64,000 nt of DNA from Dicyema japonicum (Eukaryota; Animalia; Dicyemida). This document shows, in pieces, positions 13,341 to 26,700 of the stretch. The stretch covers positions 465,334-529,333 of the forward strand of contig RDEW01000032.1 in NCBI GenBank assembly GCA_011109175.1, given 5' to 3'. The translations under genes were made by a program, and so were the position numbers. The notes under the pieces are model-generated. The model did not search any database. It worked only from the letters and a program-made list of their open reading frames with translations, and was not told the origin of the DNA. Within the stretch, counting starts at the first letter, position 1, and each line of letters opens with the position of its first letter.

Positions 13341-14649
13341 CTATTCTTAAGAGCACAACAGAGTTAATAAATCTACTTCTTTAAGACTATTTATCTAACA
13401 CTTTTCTATATCTGGACAATACTCAAAGGAATTACATTTTACGTGGCCACATACTTTATTGAAAGATATGATAATTGAGCATAAGCATCTGACTAACCTA
13501 TCTGACTCAGTTCATCTATCTTTTAACAGATACCATAATTTGTTCTAAATACTGTTTATCAATGATGGAGTTATCTAGTGCTTCAAAAATTAAATGGACA
13601 AATACCTATAGAAATGATGAGAATTTACATTCAATCACTCGAACTAAAAAAAAATTTAGAGAGTATAGCAATCTAGTAAAGACAGTGAATTAAGAAGTCT
13701 GATGATGGGTTCATCTCTCCTTCTAATCAACCTGAGGATCAACTAAGCGGTGATTACGAGGACATCCCATTGAATGCTATAGAGGATAGATGTCTGACTC
13801 ACGTATGGAGAGAAAGAATAAAGATGAGTTAAGAGCTATTTTTTCTATGTGGGGGTGATTTCAAGTGATTAAAATAAATCAATACAACGATACATATAAA
13901 ATGATTTCCTTGACAGAGATATAGTAACAGTTGGAGGGTCTACTGGATTTGCAAAGGAATGTCTTACTTCCAGTATAACGTAACTATTATTACATGGGAA
14001 AAATAAGTTCGGGAAGTTCAAGGGGAATTAAAGAAAAGGATTCTTACCTCGGTCCTCTGGAATCTCAACTGATAATATATCTCTGTCTTTGAAATGTAGT
14101 TAAAATGTTATATCTACAATACAAAAGACGATACTGAGCCCTATCAATCGCAGTCCATGACTGGGTATCAACTAAAGCCATCTGAAACCTTGTTATCAAC
14201 AAGCTTCTGGAATGTATTCCACCACCTTCCATAGCGCGGGAAGTTCATTTCCACATGACGCGTTTACTTAGTGATCACCACGTAAATTTACTTTCGCATC
14301 TGTACAGGATTGACAATCGTCTTTTCCCCTAGCCCATCGTGCCCAAAACTAATTCAGCTTGTCAGAGGACTTCTGTGAACGCTGTTAGTTATTTGAACGG
14401 ATTTGAAGCTAGGACTGCACCCTGTAATTTTATTTTTAAAAAAGAATTAATTATCTCTAGGATAACTGCAGATGAATTTCTCATCGATTTAACATAATTA
14501 ATAAAATGATTTCGATATTGACATAATTTATAAAACTAACATAATTTTTTATGGTAATAAAAATATACAAATTATTGCATTTTAACATTAAAATCATGTG
14601 AAAACAATTATTAAAATTAAGTAAAGTTGATATTACAAGTCTCCATTAT

Positions 14650-14910
14650 GGCTTGCAGGCATTGAGCATGCAATGGAATTACCTGTCACAATCCCGAGGC
14701 TAATGTTCTGTTAGAATATAGTCGTGCTATATGATCCACCTGTGTCAGATGGCGCACACTGCCAGGGTGGCATGTAAGTGATCATTTTCTTTCCCCCATC
14801 CATAGGATGGGTTCCCACGACTGTGAGGAATGGACGTTTTCAACCTTTTATGCTGCTTCTGGATTAACCCAGCAGTGGTCGTAGACTTGACGAGGGAAAC
14901 CAAGATCTAT
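14650..14910 (+). mobile_element. RTE-type C-terminal fragment (same family as 2100-2357)
   Basis: Shared blocks ATGATCCACC..GATCATTTTCT..AATGGACGT with 2130-2290, 20170-20330 and 49520-49660 (-). Confidence 0.5.
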
Positions 14911-14995
14911 CACTAGTTTATTTCGTTTCAACGTAGTTTCGTAACGTTTGGAATATTTTAGTGTAAATAACCGTACATGTGTGCTTCGCATTCTG

Positions 14996-15775
14996 ATGAG
15001 CAATAATAACAATTTCAAAAATTACACGATTCCCAATAATGACTTCGTGGAATACGACTTAGATTATACCTGTAATTGCTCTCATTTGAAATTTACAGAT
15101 CCCTTTTATACAAATACCATGAGAATTCATATAATTTCTTGAACTACAACTCTGTGGGTAATTTCAAATCGGATGAACTTTTTTACTATCAAGAGACTGA
15201 CTATTTTTCCAGACAGGATAGTAATGGTTTATTCTGGAGTTGCCCCATCAACCAAATGGATCACAAATCCATGCCACAGTTATTTTGAAGTAGAAAATTT
15301 ACAGTCAGACATTAGTCATTACTCCAATTTCTTTATGAGAGAGCGGCAGAAACTTGGCTATTCGCAATATGACATCGCATCGCTAATGGAGAAATATTAG
15401 TACCTCATTTGTCAATCGACGGTTTGTCGTTTTGAATCTGGGAAAATGCCTTTTTTAAAAATAGAGAACCTAAGACCTCATTATGTCATATTTTGGATCA
15501 AATAATGAGAGACAGCCTCTCTAAATCCAAGATCAGTTTGTTACCGTGTCAAGATGTCAAGAAAAGAAGATATTTTAAAGGAGATATCAAAAGAAGTCGG
15601 AGTATATGTTTAATAAGAACATCTATCCGTCAAATTAGAGATTCAAAAAATTGCAAAAACCTTTAATCTACCGGAGCATACTATAAGTATTGGTTCTAGC
15701 AGAAGGCAGAAAAAGCGTAAATTTGATAAAAAGAACTGTAAGTTTAATTTTGTAAATTACTTCAATTTTTGACAC
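14996..15775 (+). pseudogene. Highly divergent POU-class homeobox gene (POU-specific domain plus homeodomain) with frameshifts and a TAG
   Basis: FMRERQKLGYSQYDIA..ICQSTVCRFESGKMPFLKIENLRP matches POU-specific [62 protein letters not shown](WF)..RRQKKRK matches a POU homeodomain. Confidence 0.75.
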
Positions 15776-15899
15776 ATAATTTAAAAATTTGACTTGTCTA
15801 TGCTGACGATGCTCGTTGAGCTCAATTTGATAGCATTTTGTGTTTCGAAAAAATTACCAGTTAGCAAAGTGATTAATTTGTCTGAAGGTTGAGGTCGTG

Positions 15900-16632
15900 A
15901 CGTACTTGTATTGGTTTTTCTTCTAGTGAACATGGACAAGGCGATAGACTCGGGAGACTTCTACGTGTGTGTCAAACAGAATCTAATCACTTGTCACATC
16001 CAAGATTCTTTGACATCTTTTGAAAAAGATGTCGACCTTGTTTAACTTTAAGGTGACTGTCTTTCATTTAATCTTTTGTCCGAGGTAAAAGGGATGTGGA
16101 TATTTATTCTGAGGCCTTCTGAATGTCCCGATCTCACGAAGCCAACACATTATCATCCGCATGGAAGAGTAGAGCATCATTATCAGATTCAAGTGTTGGG
16201 AGACCGGACGAATGAGGTTAATTAGAGTAGAAGATAAAAGAGATCCTTGAGGGACTCCGTTGGGGAGGAGACGCGAGATTGATTTCTGACCTCCGAGGCA
16301 TACACTTTTCTTAGAAAGTTGGTGATCTAAAGCATGAGCTTCCCTGGGATCTCCGATTGAAATATTTTTCTCTATAGAATTTTCCTCGAGACTTATATGT
16401 CGATAGAGCAAAGCACTGTTTTTAATTGCTTAGGCTTTTTTGTAAATCCGACTCGAATGTCAGTCAATGTTTATAAATATGTAGACGTGGATCTTTTTGA
16501 ATCGACGTATAAATGCCTCTCTGCTAAAAAATCGTTTATTCTCACGAACACAAGTCTCTCCCGGATTTTTGAGATGGAACATAGTAGTGACACTGGTCTA
16601 AACAACCCTGAGTCATCTCTTGACCTTCCAGG
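15900..16632 (-). mobile_element. Ingi/I-group RT relic
   Basis: KPGRSRDDSGLFRPVSLLCSISKIRERLV and LLPNGVPQGSLLSSTL, related to ORF 24497-25744. Confidence 0.75.
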
Positions 16633-16900
16633 TTTATTATTATTATTAACCCCAGGCTTACCATTGTAAGCCCAGCGCAAACAGTCATAACTAACTAATC
16701 TAAGGAAGGAACCAAAGGGAAAGCATCTGCTTGTACCGACAAAATCCATCTTCCAATATATCATTACAGGCTTCCACTTCCGAAAAAAGGTGGAGAAGTA
16801 TGTCCGCCCTATTTTATTTTTGTCTCACATCAAACCGTCGCGGACATCACTTCATTCTTTAGCGGAATAGTTTTCATAATGCAATCTTCATCAGAGGGTT
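16633..16900 (-). mobile_element. RTE-type 3' end with hairpin plus GGGGTT(AAT)n
   Basis: GGCTTAC-AATG-GTAAGCC hairpin then TGGGGTTAATAATAATAAT; homologous to 55320-55495 (+). Confidence 0.6.
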
Positions 16901-17199
16901 TGGTCAGGGAGAAAAGTAGGATTATTATTGATAACAGTCGTTGATTCCAATCTACTCGAATCCTATATAAATCATTCCAGTTCAATATCAACATTCGTGT
17001 ATATAATTAAAAATATAAACTTGATTTTATAATTGGCTGGCTCATCCAAGATTTCTGCCAGAAACATTAGCCCTGTTTGGTTATTCACTTAGTCTTAATT
17101 CAGTTTATTAAATAGCTTAAAAATTAATTTAATATTAATTTATTTTTAAAAATTGGTTTACATTGTGGTATACCTTTAATAATATTTTATTTATTAGCG

Positions 17200-18420
17200 T
17201 GTTGCTGTCACATTCTAGTTGTTCCTTGTTGTACTTTCTGATATTCTGTATTATATTCTATTTTCCACGGATTTATCAAATAGTGCGGAAGGTTGTTATC
17301 AAAATGTCTATTATATATACATGTTTCGGTAACCTTTAAATATGGATTCTTTTCCACTATTTGACTTGTCCTTTCAAATTCTATTGCAATGTATTCTTTA
17401 TGTGATTTGTTTAGAATATTTACAATAATTGCCGTTCTCTTCGTTGGTTCATATTTTATTTGTTCTACTGGGTTATATTTATTAGTTCAGCTGGATTTGG
17501 AAAGCTAATGCACCTTTAGCATTTGGATTCCACCGAACCAACAAAGAAGTTTATATTCTCCTGCTTATATTTCTGTTACACTAAATGAAAAATAGGAATA
17601 ACAGGGAACAATAGTCAATCACGGAATTAACGGAAATGAATCAAAGTGGCAAATTGCGTATTCATTTATTGCACCAAACAATTTCGCAGAATTTAACTTA
17701 GTTTTTGAAAGCATGGCTATTCTCTTCTTAACATGGACTCCTTAACTTTGTTTAAGAACATTACTTCCTTTGTCTTCAAAAACACCCAAATATCGATATC
17801 CACTGACTCCTTCCAGAGTCTCGCAACATGATGACGATTTAACATTAGAGACTGACTTTTCCGAATTTTAATAACAGTATCTTCTTTTAGATCAATTATC
17901 TTTAGGTCATCAATGAACATCAAATGATTGGTACAATAAGCCAGAGTATTAGGATCCTCCTGATTAATTTGGAGTTTTGGGAATATAGAGTTAAGGATCC
18001 TGCTCAAGGGTTCCATTACCACAACAAATAGTTGAGGGGATAATGAATTTCCTTGCAGATTTCCACGTCCCAGTTTTACAGAACCAATTCTTCGTTCATC
18101 TAAGTGAAGATTTACAGTCCACTTCTTGACTATGGTCTTTACAAAGTTAACAATCCAACGGGGTATTCCTGAACAGTCCAATACATGAAATAAATATTTA
18201 TGGTCAACAGAATCAAAGACCTTCTTCACATTAACCCAAGCAGAATAAAGGGCGTTTCCATACTGCGTATTAAGCATTAATATTATTTAACGGAAATGAT
18301 TGATCAATATCTTTTGTGGGGTAATCCTCTGAGGTTGAATCTTCCGTTTTTATAACTTAAATGTGATATTTGCTACGAAAAATGGCTTGTTCATCCTCTT
18401 GGACGTCAACTTGAGGATAC
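17200..18420 (-). mobile_element. R4-clade non-LTR retrotransposon RT fragment
   Basis: ORF 17717-18277: AWVNVKKVFDSVDH..GRGNLQGNSLSPQLFVVVMEPLS..NHLMFIDDLK. Confidence 0.85.
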
Positions 18421-18779
18421 CCGTGAAATTTAGCTGAATGTAATATCCCTAGTTTTTGGTTATAAAGTCGAGATTTGTCCCGGCAACTATCGGGAGAAGC
18501 TTTCTTTCAAAGCGATCTTTTTGATAATATTGACAATTCCGTTTTTTAATAAATCAAAGTTATTTCTTTTTGAAAAGTAAATTGGGTTACTATGCACATG
18601 GTAGACGATATTGCATAAAATGCTGGAAGCGTTCCAGTATAACTTTGAAAGGGTAAACTTGGAAGATGTAGAAAAGTAAGATGATGAGTTGTAAAGCCGA
18701 TGAGTTCCAGTATAATTTTGAAAGGTATAAACTTGACGTCTTGTATTATAGAAGAATGAATAGGAAGATGGGAGTTCAT

Positions 18780-18995
18780 CGATCAAAATATGAGTTAGAT
18801 GTGGAGATATTGTATCTATTTTTAATTAGTTAAAGGTTCGTATTCAAATAATTATCCTTCTCTTAGATTAAAAAAATTTGAACATCCGTATTGGAATCCA
18901 GTTACTATTGTCGAGAAATTGTCTAACAATTTTGTTAAAGTCGAAAATAGTGCTGGGTCAATTAAGAAAGTTCATTCACAACGACTCAAAATTCA
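18780..18995 (+). mobile_element. Gypsy-like integrase C-terminal (GPY/F-type) relic
   Basis: KFEHPYWNPVTIVEKLSNNFVKVENSAGSIKKVHSQRLK. Confidence 0.5.
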
Positions 18996-19069
18996 AAACT
19001 TTGATATAATAGATTTTTTTGTAGCAACGAATAACACATTTTAAGAGTAGCAACTAACACAGCAAACTC

Positions 19070-19240
19070 ATCCAAAGTGGTCCCTGCCGACATTATCGAG
19101 GTTGCTTTGCCTCTTACGATTTAAACAGAGATCAACTGGAGAAGCCACCGGGTCTCACATGCGTCGTGGCTTTTTAGTGTAACTAGGCGTCTATGTTTAT
19201 TTAAAAAGCGAAGCGATCTCCCACTTATTCTCCAGTTGTC
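19070..19240 (-). mobile_element. RTE 5' UTR copy (structured leader)
   Basis: Reverse complement aligns with 41760-41925, which lies directly upstream of an RTE APE ORF. Confidence 0.65.
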
Positions 19241-20714
19241 TCGACCACAATGGGATAGAGCGAAAATCGGTCTAGTAGCGCTTCGTATTTCATCTCCTTT
19301 TCCCTCATCGTTTTTTCGCTGCATGCTGTGTGTACACCGCGCTCTCGACAATGTTGGATTTGCAAAAAGGATTATTTTTATTTTTGACATTGATTGACAT
19401 AGATGGATCACTCTTAGAGCTCGCGACAAATTAAATAAATGACCCAGTAATGAGATAATCCAAACATGTGTGATCACTGAGAGTTTTGTTCAGTTTCACA
19501 TGACAATATTAATTTCCCCGGTAACCTTTTTTATATAATTTATTTGCTGTAGTACCTGCAAGTTTAATTCTATAAATTTAATTAGTTTTAAACTGACCTT
19601 ATGCGATTTCCGAAAACAGCAGTATTTTGATCACTTGTGAGCCCTCGAGACTTCCCTCAACGGAATTCACATTTTTAAGTCACATGATAATAGTTGTCCA
19701 AAATAATACGTACAAATTTTATTAATTTTCTCAAATTCGACTTTTTGAGAACCTGTCCCTTAGCTTGTGAGTGGATCCTAACTTATATGTGAGGCATATC
19801 TGACTTTTTACTAGAATATTGATAATTAGCTCAAATTGGACTTACTGAGTACGTGTCTGTGGATATTAGTCAATTAAACTATGAAAATATTGGATTTTCA
19901 ATATTTTTAGCTAACACTGAAATTATTAATTAAAAAAAATTTGTCATTATTTTTTATATCTGAAAAATTCAAATAAAATCAATTTCCATCCAAATTTTAT
20001 ATTTATCAATTCTTCCATAAAGTTCCCAATAGTTGTAGGAACTGCTAGTGGAAAGGTCGTACATTGCATTCGATTGCCGCTACATGTGTCTCGATTAGTT
20101 GTCATTTCGATTCTCACACTGCTACATCTCTTGGTCAAAGTATTTTTTACTGTTCTGTGCCTTCTTATTGAGAAGTGTCATGTGATCCACCTCTCTAGGG
20201 AAACGCTCTCTGCACGGCTGACATCCTTAAAAGATCACTCCATTTCTAACTCCACTGTAAGGGTTGCTGATGTAAATAGACGTGATGGTTAGAAAAAAGC
20301 GTCTTACACAGACCGTGGAAACTAGATATTTCATAATTATAAATTAATTAACACTTAATCATCACCGGTATATTCAGGGCTATTAATAGAATCTAGATAA
20401 ATTGAAATACATTTTTGTCACGTCACCTAAATTGAAATATTGTTCCATTCCAGCACACTTTTTTGAAATTAATAGAAAAATCAAGCACCAGATGCCAAAA
20501 GATCAGGAGAATTACGCGGATAGTGGAAATTTCAAAACCTTCTGAAAACTACCTCAGTTTAGGGGGTCTTGGGTTGAGACGTGATTGCATTCCAAATTTT
20601 ATTGATGACTTCCTCACTAATTCCTCTTATTTCGGAAGCGATTGGGACGAAAGAGAAGCTATCTCCTAATCTACGTTCCTCTGCTCAAGTGATATCATCC
20701 CCTAATGGGCTTCC

Positions 20715-22135
20715 TAGCTCTTTGCAGAAACACAGGAATCCATGACCATGGTTTCTCGTGGACTCTTCCAAAAAGTGGGGGTGGTAGTAGTGTAGGATGC
20801 AAACGTGTCTTTTTAGCGTGACATCATGCGATTCACCTGTTATGGTGGCGTTCAGTTCTGGTTCTGCATGGAAAAGAACCGTTCGATATTCCTACTCCAC
20901 CATGACCTCGTTTTGGGGAGCCAATGATCAGCATGACAAAACTGGTGACGTGGCTTTAAAAATTCAGCCTAAAAACACAAGACTCAGTTGGGTGGCCTTA
21001 ATCTACTCTCTTTTAACGTCAGGGGGATCTCGAAGACATGGATGAGGAAAGCATTGTGAGATGATTTAAAGAAGTACCGCATCTCTATCGAATACTTTCA
21101 AAAAACGAAGATCTCTGATGGATGCTGTGAACACTATGGAACCCATAAACTAATTCTCTTCCCGAGAATCGAATCATTACGGACAAGGTTTCGCAGTTCA
21201 TGACCACCTTGTTCCTCGAATACATCAATTTTGGATCGTCAATGACAGGATCAGAGTCCTGCAAATCAGGATGAATGACATTTGCCCATCCTAAAGCTAC
21301 ATGACAATCATTAACGTGGGTGCTCCACATGGTGGTAGATTTTTGAAAAAAACCACGTGAACTGGATGACTTCTACTGTCAATTATTAAGGACTTAACCA
21401 GACGACAGATCGAATTGATTGCTTCTCCTTTTGAAAGACTGCTCAATGCGAGGATACTGGAAATAATTATCACATCTGTCCCCTTCGTCTGAGAACCGCA
21501 GATGCTGGAAACAATTATCACATCTAAGCTTGCAGCAAGCTAAAAAATCACAGGAGTGCTAGACCGGATAGTATCTCCCCGGAACTGCTGAATTATGGAC
21601 CTATACATCTCTTCGACATTATTTAATAGAATGTTTATATCTAACTAATGGATGTCCTACAACAATTTGTGGACCAATCGATGCAAAGGATAATCCGAGT
21701 ACTACAGTCTAGCACTGATCTGTTAATCAGGATTGGAAGAACTATATCCAGGCCTTTCAAAACTACAACCGGTGCTCCTCAGGGAGATTCTCTTTCCCTT
21801 ACTGTCTGTGTCTATCTCGAAGCCGCACTAAGGGAACTATAATCTGTTACGAAGTAAAAATAAAAAAATGTCGTGTACGTGAATTTCAAAAATTAAAAAA
21901 ATAAATAATCACGGATCCAAGACAATTGCTTTTGAGAATGGCGTTTCCGACTCTCTGCATTCTGGTCTGTGACATAAAGTATTTTTAATATCTATTTTAA
22001 TTTCATTCCGGAACATGGGGAACCTCAAAAAACGATTTAGAGTGCCTAGATACTTTCCAAAAAGCCAACTGCGATAACTGACTGGAATCTTCTGTCCGAT
22101 AAAAATCTCAAACGAGAAACTATATGCTCTAGGCG
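20715..22135 (+). mobile_element. RTE-clade LINE collapsed by several internal deletions (5' UTR, APE start, linker, RT pieces, thumb)
   Basis: LNLLSFNVRGISKTWMRK..ELDDFY (20990-21376), QIELIA, TTTGAPQGDSLS..YLEAALREL (21648-21842) and QLR.LTGIFCPIKISNEKLY; same family as 30495-32172. Confidence 0.8.
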
Positions 22136-23169
22136 TGGTGGCTTAGGCGTATTTGAATTGCATCAACCCGTCACTCACACGCGAAACACCGTGAATTTCA
22201 GGAGTCAATCTTGAATAGATAGCAATTCCGAATCCATAAAGCTTTGAATCACAGGGTTAAAATTAATTGATATTTTTCCATGATTCTCTTCGAGATGGAA
22301 ACGTCACAGGTCTTTGATATACTCCTAGCGTTGAATGTGAGGAGCTGCAGAAGCTATGCATTCTTTTGTATCTTCTGCTATCTAGAGATTGTTATCAAAT
22401 CGAGAAACGAGGCACATTATTTCCTTAGCAACTAGAGTTGAAAACCACGGTTTACCTAGATTAACGATCGAGGTGTGTGGAAGAGATTGACATTAAGAAT
22501 TGTTTATTTTGCTACATGCGGGGTAGGAAGTATTTTGACTTTTTTAAAAGTGCTTTAATGATAATATCACGCTAAAAAGAGGTTTTCATGGTTAGCTAGT
22601 AATAATAACGCGACAAAAAAGTGGAGCACTTTTACTGACACTGGCGAGTCTATGAAACTCCCCATAAGTAGTACACCTGATTTTATTCTGATCAAGTTTC
22701 CTGAAGCTCTAGTCATGTGTTTAATTTTTGACGCATCCCTTTCAAATTCCTCTTTTTTGCTGATATAAGTTTAACTTTAAAAATTGAACTTTCTTAGTCA
22801 GAAACTTCATGGATTAAAGATTTTTGCCCTGAGTTATAAAGCCTGGCATGTTAATAACAAGCCATGTACAACTGGAGAGACTTACAACAAGTATCTCTAC
22901 AAGAACCTTAATCAGCTTTGAAAACCTTTATCAGCTTCATCCTAGTATTTCTTCTAGAACCTTCATCAGCTTGTTTCTGTTTACTATGTCGAATCACTCG
23001 AATGGTCTATCCCCAAAATTTTTATTTGTCTTTTGTATTTTTGTCACAAAGCCATTTGTGTGCCAGACATCGTTGGCAGTTAACCGTCCGGCATTAATCG
23101 TCATTCACTTGCCACTGTCATTTGCAAGCTCACATAGTCTATCTAATCCTCTCCCTCTCTTAAACGTCT

Positions 23170-23650
23170 CACAATTTTTTTGAATTTCCCTTCGAGGACC
23201 ATAGGGAGGGTGGTCCTCGGTCGTCTGCGGAATCGGGAAGCGTCAGAGGCGAAGAAGTCTTCTATGACCACGTTATCTTGGACATCCATGTGTATTTTGA
23301 GAACGTGTCCAAAGAGCCTCATCTAGTTTCCATGATTTCAATCGAGTTTGTCAAACACTTCTTCCTTCGTACACAGTTCTGTTGGCTATTTTGGAGAGTC
23401 CTCAGAACAACATCGTTTGCCTAAATTGCGTTCAGTGTAGAGTTCAACTTTTTTGATTGTCTCAAACAGTCCCAGGTGCTCGTGCTGTAAAATAACACAG
23501 GGTTGACCAACCTGTTATTCGAACGTAATCTAGTTTTCGTATACATCTCTTTTTGTACAAGCCATGTTTTCTTCAGTTTTTCAAATGTTGCATTTGTAAT
23601 CGTATTTTATCGAAATATCTTACTGGTCTCTTAGGAGGGCACCTAACTTC
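23170..23650 (-). mobile_element. RTE-clade 3' region relic
   Basis: RLFGHVLKIHMDVQDNVVIEDFF...RRRPRTTLP on the minus strand. Confidence 0.7.
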
Positions 23651-23761
23651 CGATTCCAGATAAATTACAAATAATTTTGGAAGGTAGGGGATTTTTGCGG
23701 GTCTCCGTTGTCGTTTTGAATGGTTTTGAAATTAATCTCCCAACTTGACCGAGAGCACGGT

Positions 23762-26700
23762 ATAAATTAAATTAAATTATTAACCCCGGCTTCGCCAGCA
23801 AGTGGGAAGCCGGCGACCATCAGAGAGCGTGCAGTCCGGACAGGCCGCTCCCAGAGATCCTCGACTTTTGCATCCGGTGGTCCAGGGCAGGGAAAAAGGT
23901 CTCGAACTACTCTGCCAGCCAGAAAAGGGAGGTGTCCACATCGTAGGCGAGCCAGTCCGATTCTGATCTTCCTCGGGAGCGATTGTTCCGTTGGACTGAT
24001 ATCAGGGGGGAAGCGCTCCAAGACTTTGTTATATTGAAGTGTCCTAATGGCCCGTGTTGAGATAAAATCATGGATTCGGCGGGTCCAAGTTGAGTCTTCT
24101 TGAGGGGGGGTGATCTTCGACAAGGCTCTTTGTAGGTCAAAGAGGGTCCTGCGTATGTATCTGCGGTTATTGTTACTTAGCAAAGCGTGAACTGGGTGAT
24201 TCGGGTCGAACGACTGCCGTAGGAATTGTAAATTACGCATTTCCAGGTGGTCATAGAGCGGGAGGATTTTCGACTCCCAATGTAAATGGTCGGTGGGGGT
24301 TGACTTTAAGCAGCCAGTTATTATTCTCAGCGCCGAGTTTTGCACTTTCTGCAGTTCTTGAGAAAGGGACAAGGAGATTGAGGGGGCCCAACTTGGTGAG
24401 GCGTAGTTGAGTGTAGTCCTGATGAACTGTTTGTAGAGAAGAGTTAAGTTTTCTTTTTGCTGACCGTTTGAGTGGCCAGCTACTGCCCGTAATATGTTAA
24501 GTTTCCGCTTGGCTTTTGTCATTACTTCCTCCACTTGTCTGTTGAAACAGTAAAGGATCGAAGACAACTCCAAGGATCTTCGGGTATTTATTTAAGGGGA
24601 GTGGTTCGTCACCCAACGAGAGTGTGGGGTTTAGGTTGAATTGTCTTCGATCGGTTGTGAACAGGGTAGCTGATGACTTCGAGGTGGAAACACTCATCCA
24701 GTTTAAGTTCATCCAGTCGGATAGCAAGTTCAGGTGGTACTGCACTTTTTCGGTGGCCAGTCGAACATCGCCACTCCTGGATGCGATTACTAGATCATCG
24801 GCATATGTCAATAGTAACGTATTTTGGGTTGTTGGGATGTCTTTGACGTAAAGGTTGAAAAGTGAGGGTGAAAGGACTGATCCTTGGGGAACACCGTTTG
24901 GTAGGAGTCGGTATCTTGATAGATTTGAATATAGACACGTATGACCCAGTCTTCCCGAGAGGAAATTTGTGAGCCATGACTTCCATACAGAGGGAATATT
25001 TGAAGAATAGATCTTGTTGCAGAGGACCACACGGGAGATTCTGTCGAAAGCTTTAGTTAGGTCAATAGAGGCCAAGACAGTTCGTTCCGGGGGTTTGCAG
25101 TTGTTGAAACCGTTGGAGATGTATTGGGTTAGTGTCAGTAAGTGCGTGGTGGTCGAGTGTAAAGGACGGAAACCATGTTGTGAGTCGGAGAGGTCGAGGT
25201 AGGGGGTGATTTCGTTAAGAATGATCCTTTCGAGGATTTTTGAGACAACAGATGTTAAGGAAATTGGCCTGAACGAAGAGGGCAAGGAGGAGGCTTTGTT
25301 GTTCTTGAGTATTGGGATAATGTTCGACTTCTTCCATAACATCGGGATGAAACACCTGTTGATGGAGAATTCGTAGATATCTTTAAGTGCCAAGAGCCCG
25401 TTTGGACCGAGGTGCTTTAGGTGGAATATGCTGATCCGATCGGGTCCCGTGGCTGGTGAGTTTCTTGAGTTTGTAATGAGGTTTTGAACATGACTTATTG
25501 ATACTTCGAATCGTGCCTTTGTTACCCTTGGGGGTTTAGTAATATGAGGTCGATTTTCTTTATTCATTGGAATATGACTCATTTTGCAATAGTGAGTCAT
25601 CAAGTCATTTGCCTGGCAGTGGAAATCTTTCGTTTGGTTGTCCTTTCCAAGTCTACCTCCATGGGTTGTGCTCGATTCGGTTTGATTTGATTGTATTTCT
25701 CTGATAAATCTCCAGAAACTTTGGGGTTTTGATTTTGGATTCAATCGAGAGACGAAAGTGGACCACTTCTCCTTTTTGAGCTCCGTAATGAGGTGGTTAT
25801 CTTCTTGTTTAGGGAAGAAATTTCATCTTGGAGTTGCTGGTTGGTTGTTCGGGAACGTTTTAGGCGTCTTCTCTCACAGATGAGATCCAATATTTCTTTG
25901 TTGAAAAATAGTTTGTAATCATGGATGAATCCTTTAGGGACGTGCTTTCTATCCGCCGAAAGGATGGCTGAGTTGAAATGTGCAATGGCTTTGTCTGGAG
26001 AGGTAAAATTATTCACAGAGAAGTTTTCCAGCGACGTTTCGACGTCAACCGTGAAGTCGATCCATCTCGCCCTTTTGTAGTTCACATAGGTTCGCCTCGA
26101 CATAGTTCGTCCGAAATGCAAGAAGATGTCGATCAGAATAGGGTTATGATCTGAGGGTAAGTCATATCTGACATCCCAGTAGATCGATTTTGCAAGGGGA
26201 GCTGAGCATATGGAGAGGTCGGGAGACGTGTTAGGATCCCCAGGGCGTGTTCCACATCTCGTGTGTTGGCGGGGGTTATTCAATATCACTAGGTGTTCCA
26301 GTTCAGAGATCACTTGTTTCCCTCTGTGGTCCGAATTCTGGTTTCGGAACCATAGTGGATCTTTAGCGTTTAGATCGCCGCAAATAACTATGTTTTCGTA
26401 TAGTTGAAGGAATTCTAGGTTTGTCGGTAACTCTTCTGGCAGCAAGACGAAGGGGGAATGTAGATATTCAGAATTGTGTAAGGAGTTGACATAATATTGA
26501 TGGTGATGGATAGCAATTCCATATGTTTATCAGAAGCCGCTGTCAATGTGTGGTCAGTGGTATCCGTGAATGGGATGGAGTTGTGAATGAGTGTGACCAG
26601 GCCACCACCGTGAGATCCATTTGATCGCTCAGAACGGAGCAAAGAGTAGTATTTGAATTTTGGTGTTTGGGAGAAGGCAGACAAACGTGACTCCTGTAGA

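Noticed and set aside
14650-14910. Reading these repeats (also 180-300 and 33127-33357) as inverted RT-thumb fragments forming a chimeric SINE
   Set aside because: The antisense matches are short and need frameshifts. The sense reading as RTE C-termini fits tail polarity and ordinary 5' truncation. Not fully excluded without alignments.
15390-15710. Stop-codon reassignment suggested by a TAG inside the POU gene
   Set aside because: The stops are not at consistently conserved residues and coexist with frameshifts; the intact lectin and long TE ORFs fit the standard code.
20944-20970. GDVALK motif (GTGACGTGGC, also at 30215, 32165, 37149 and 43695) as a 2A peptide
   Set aside because: It lacks ExNPGP; it is a conserved RTE leader motif of unknown role.
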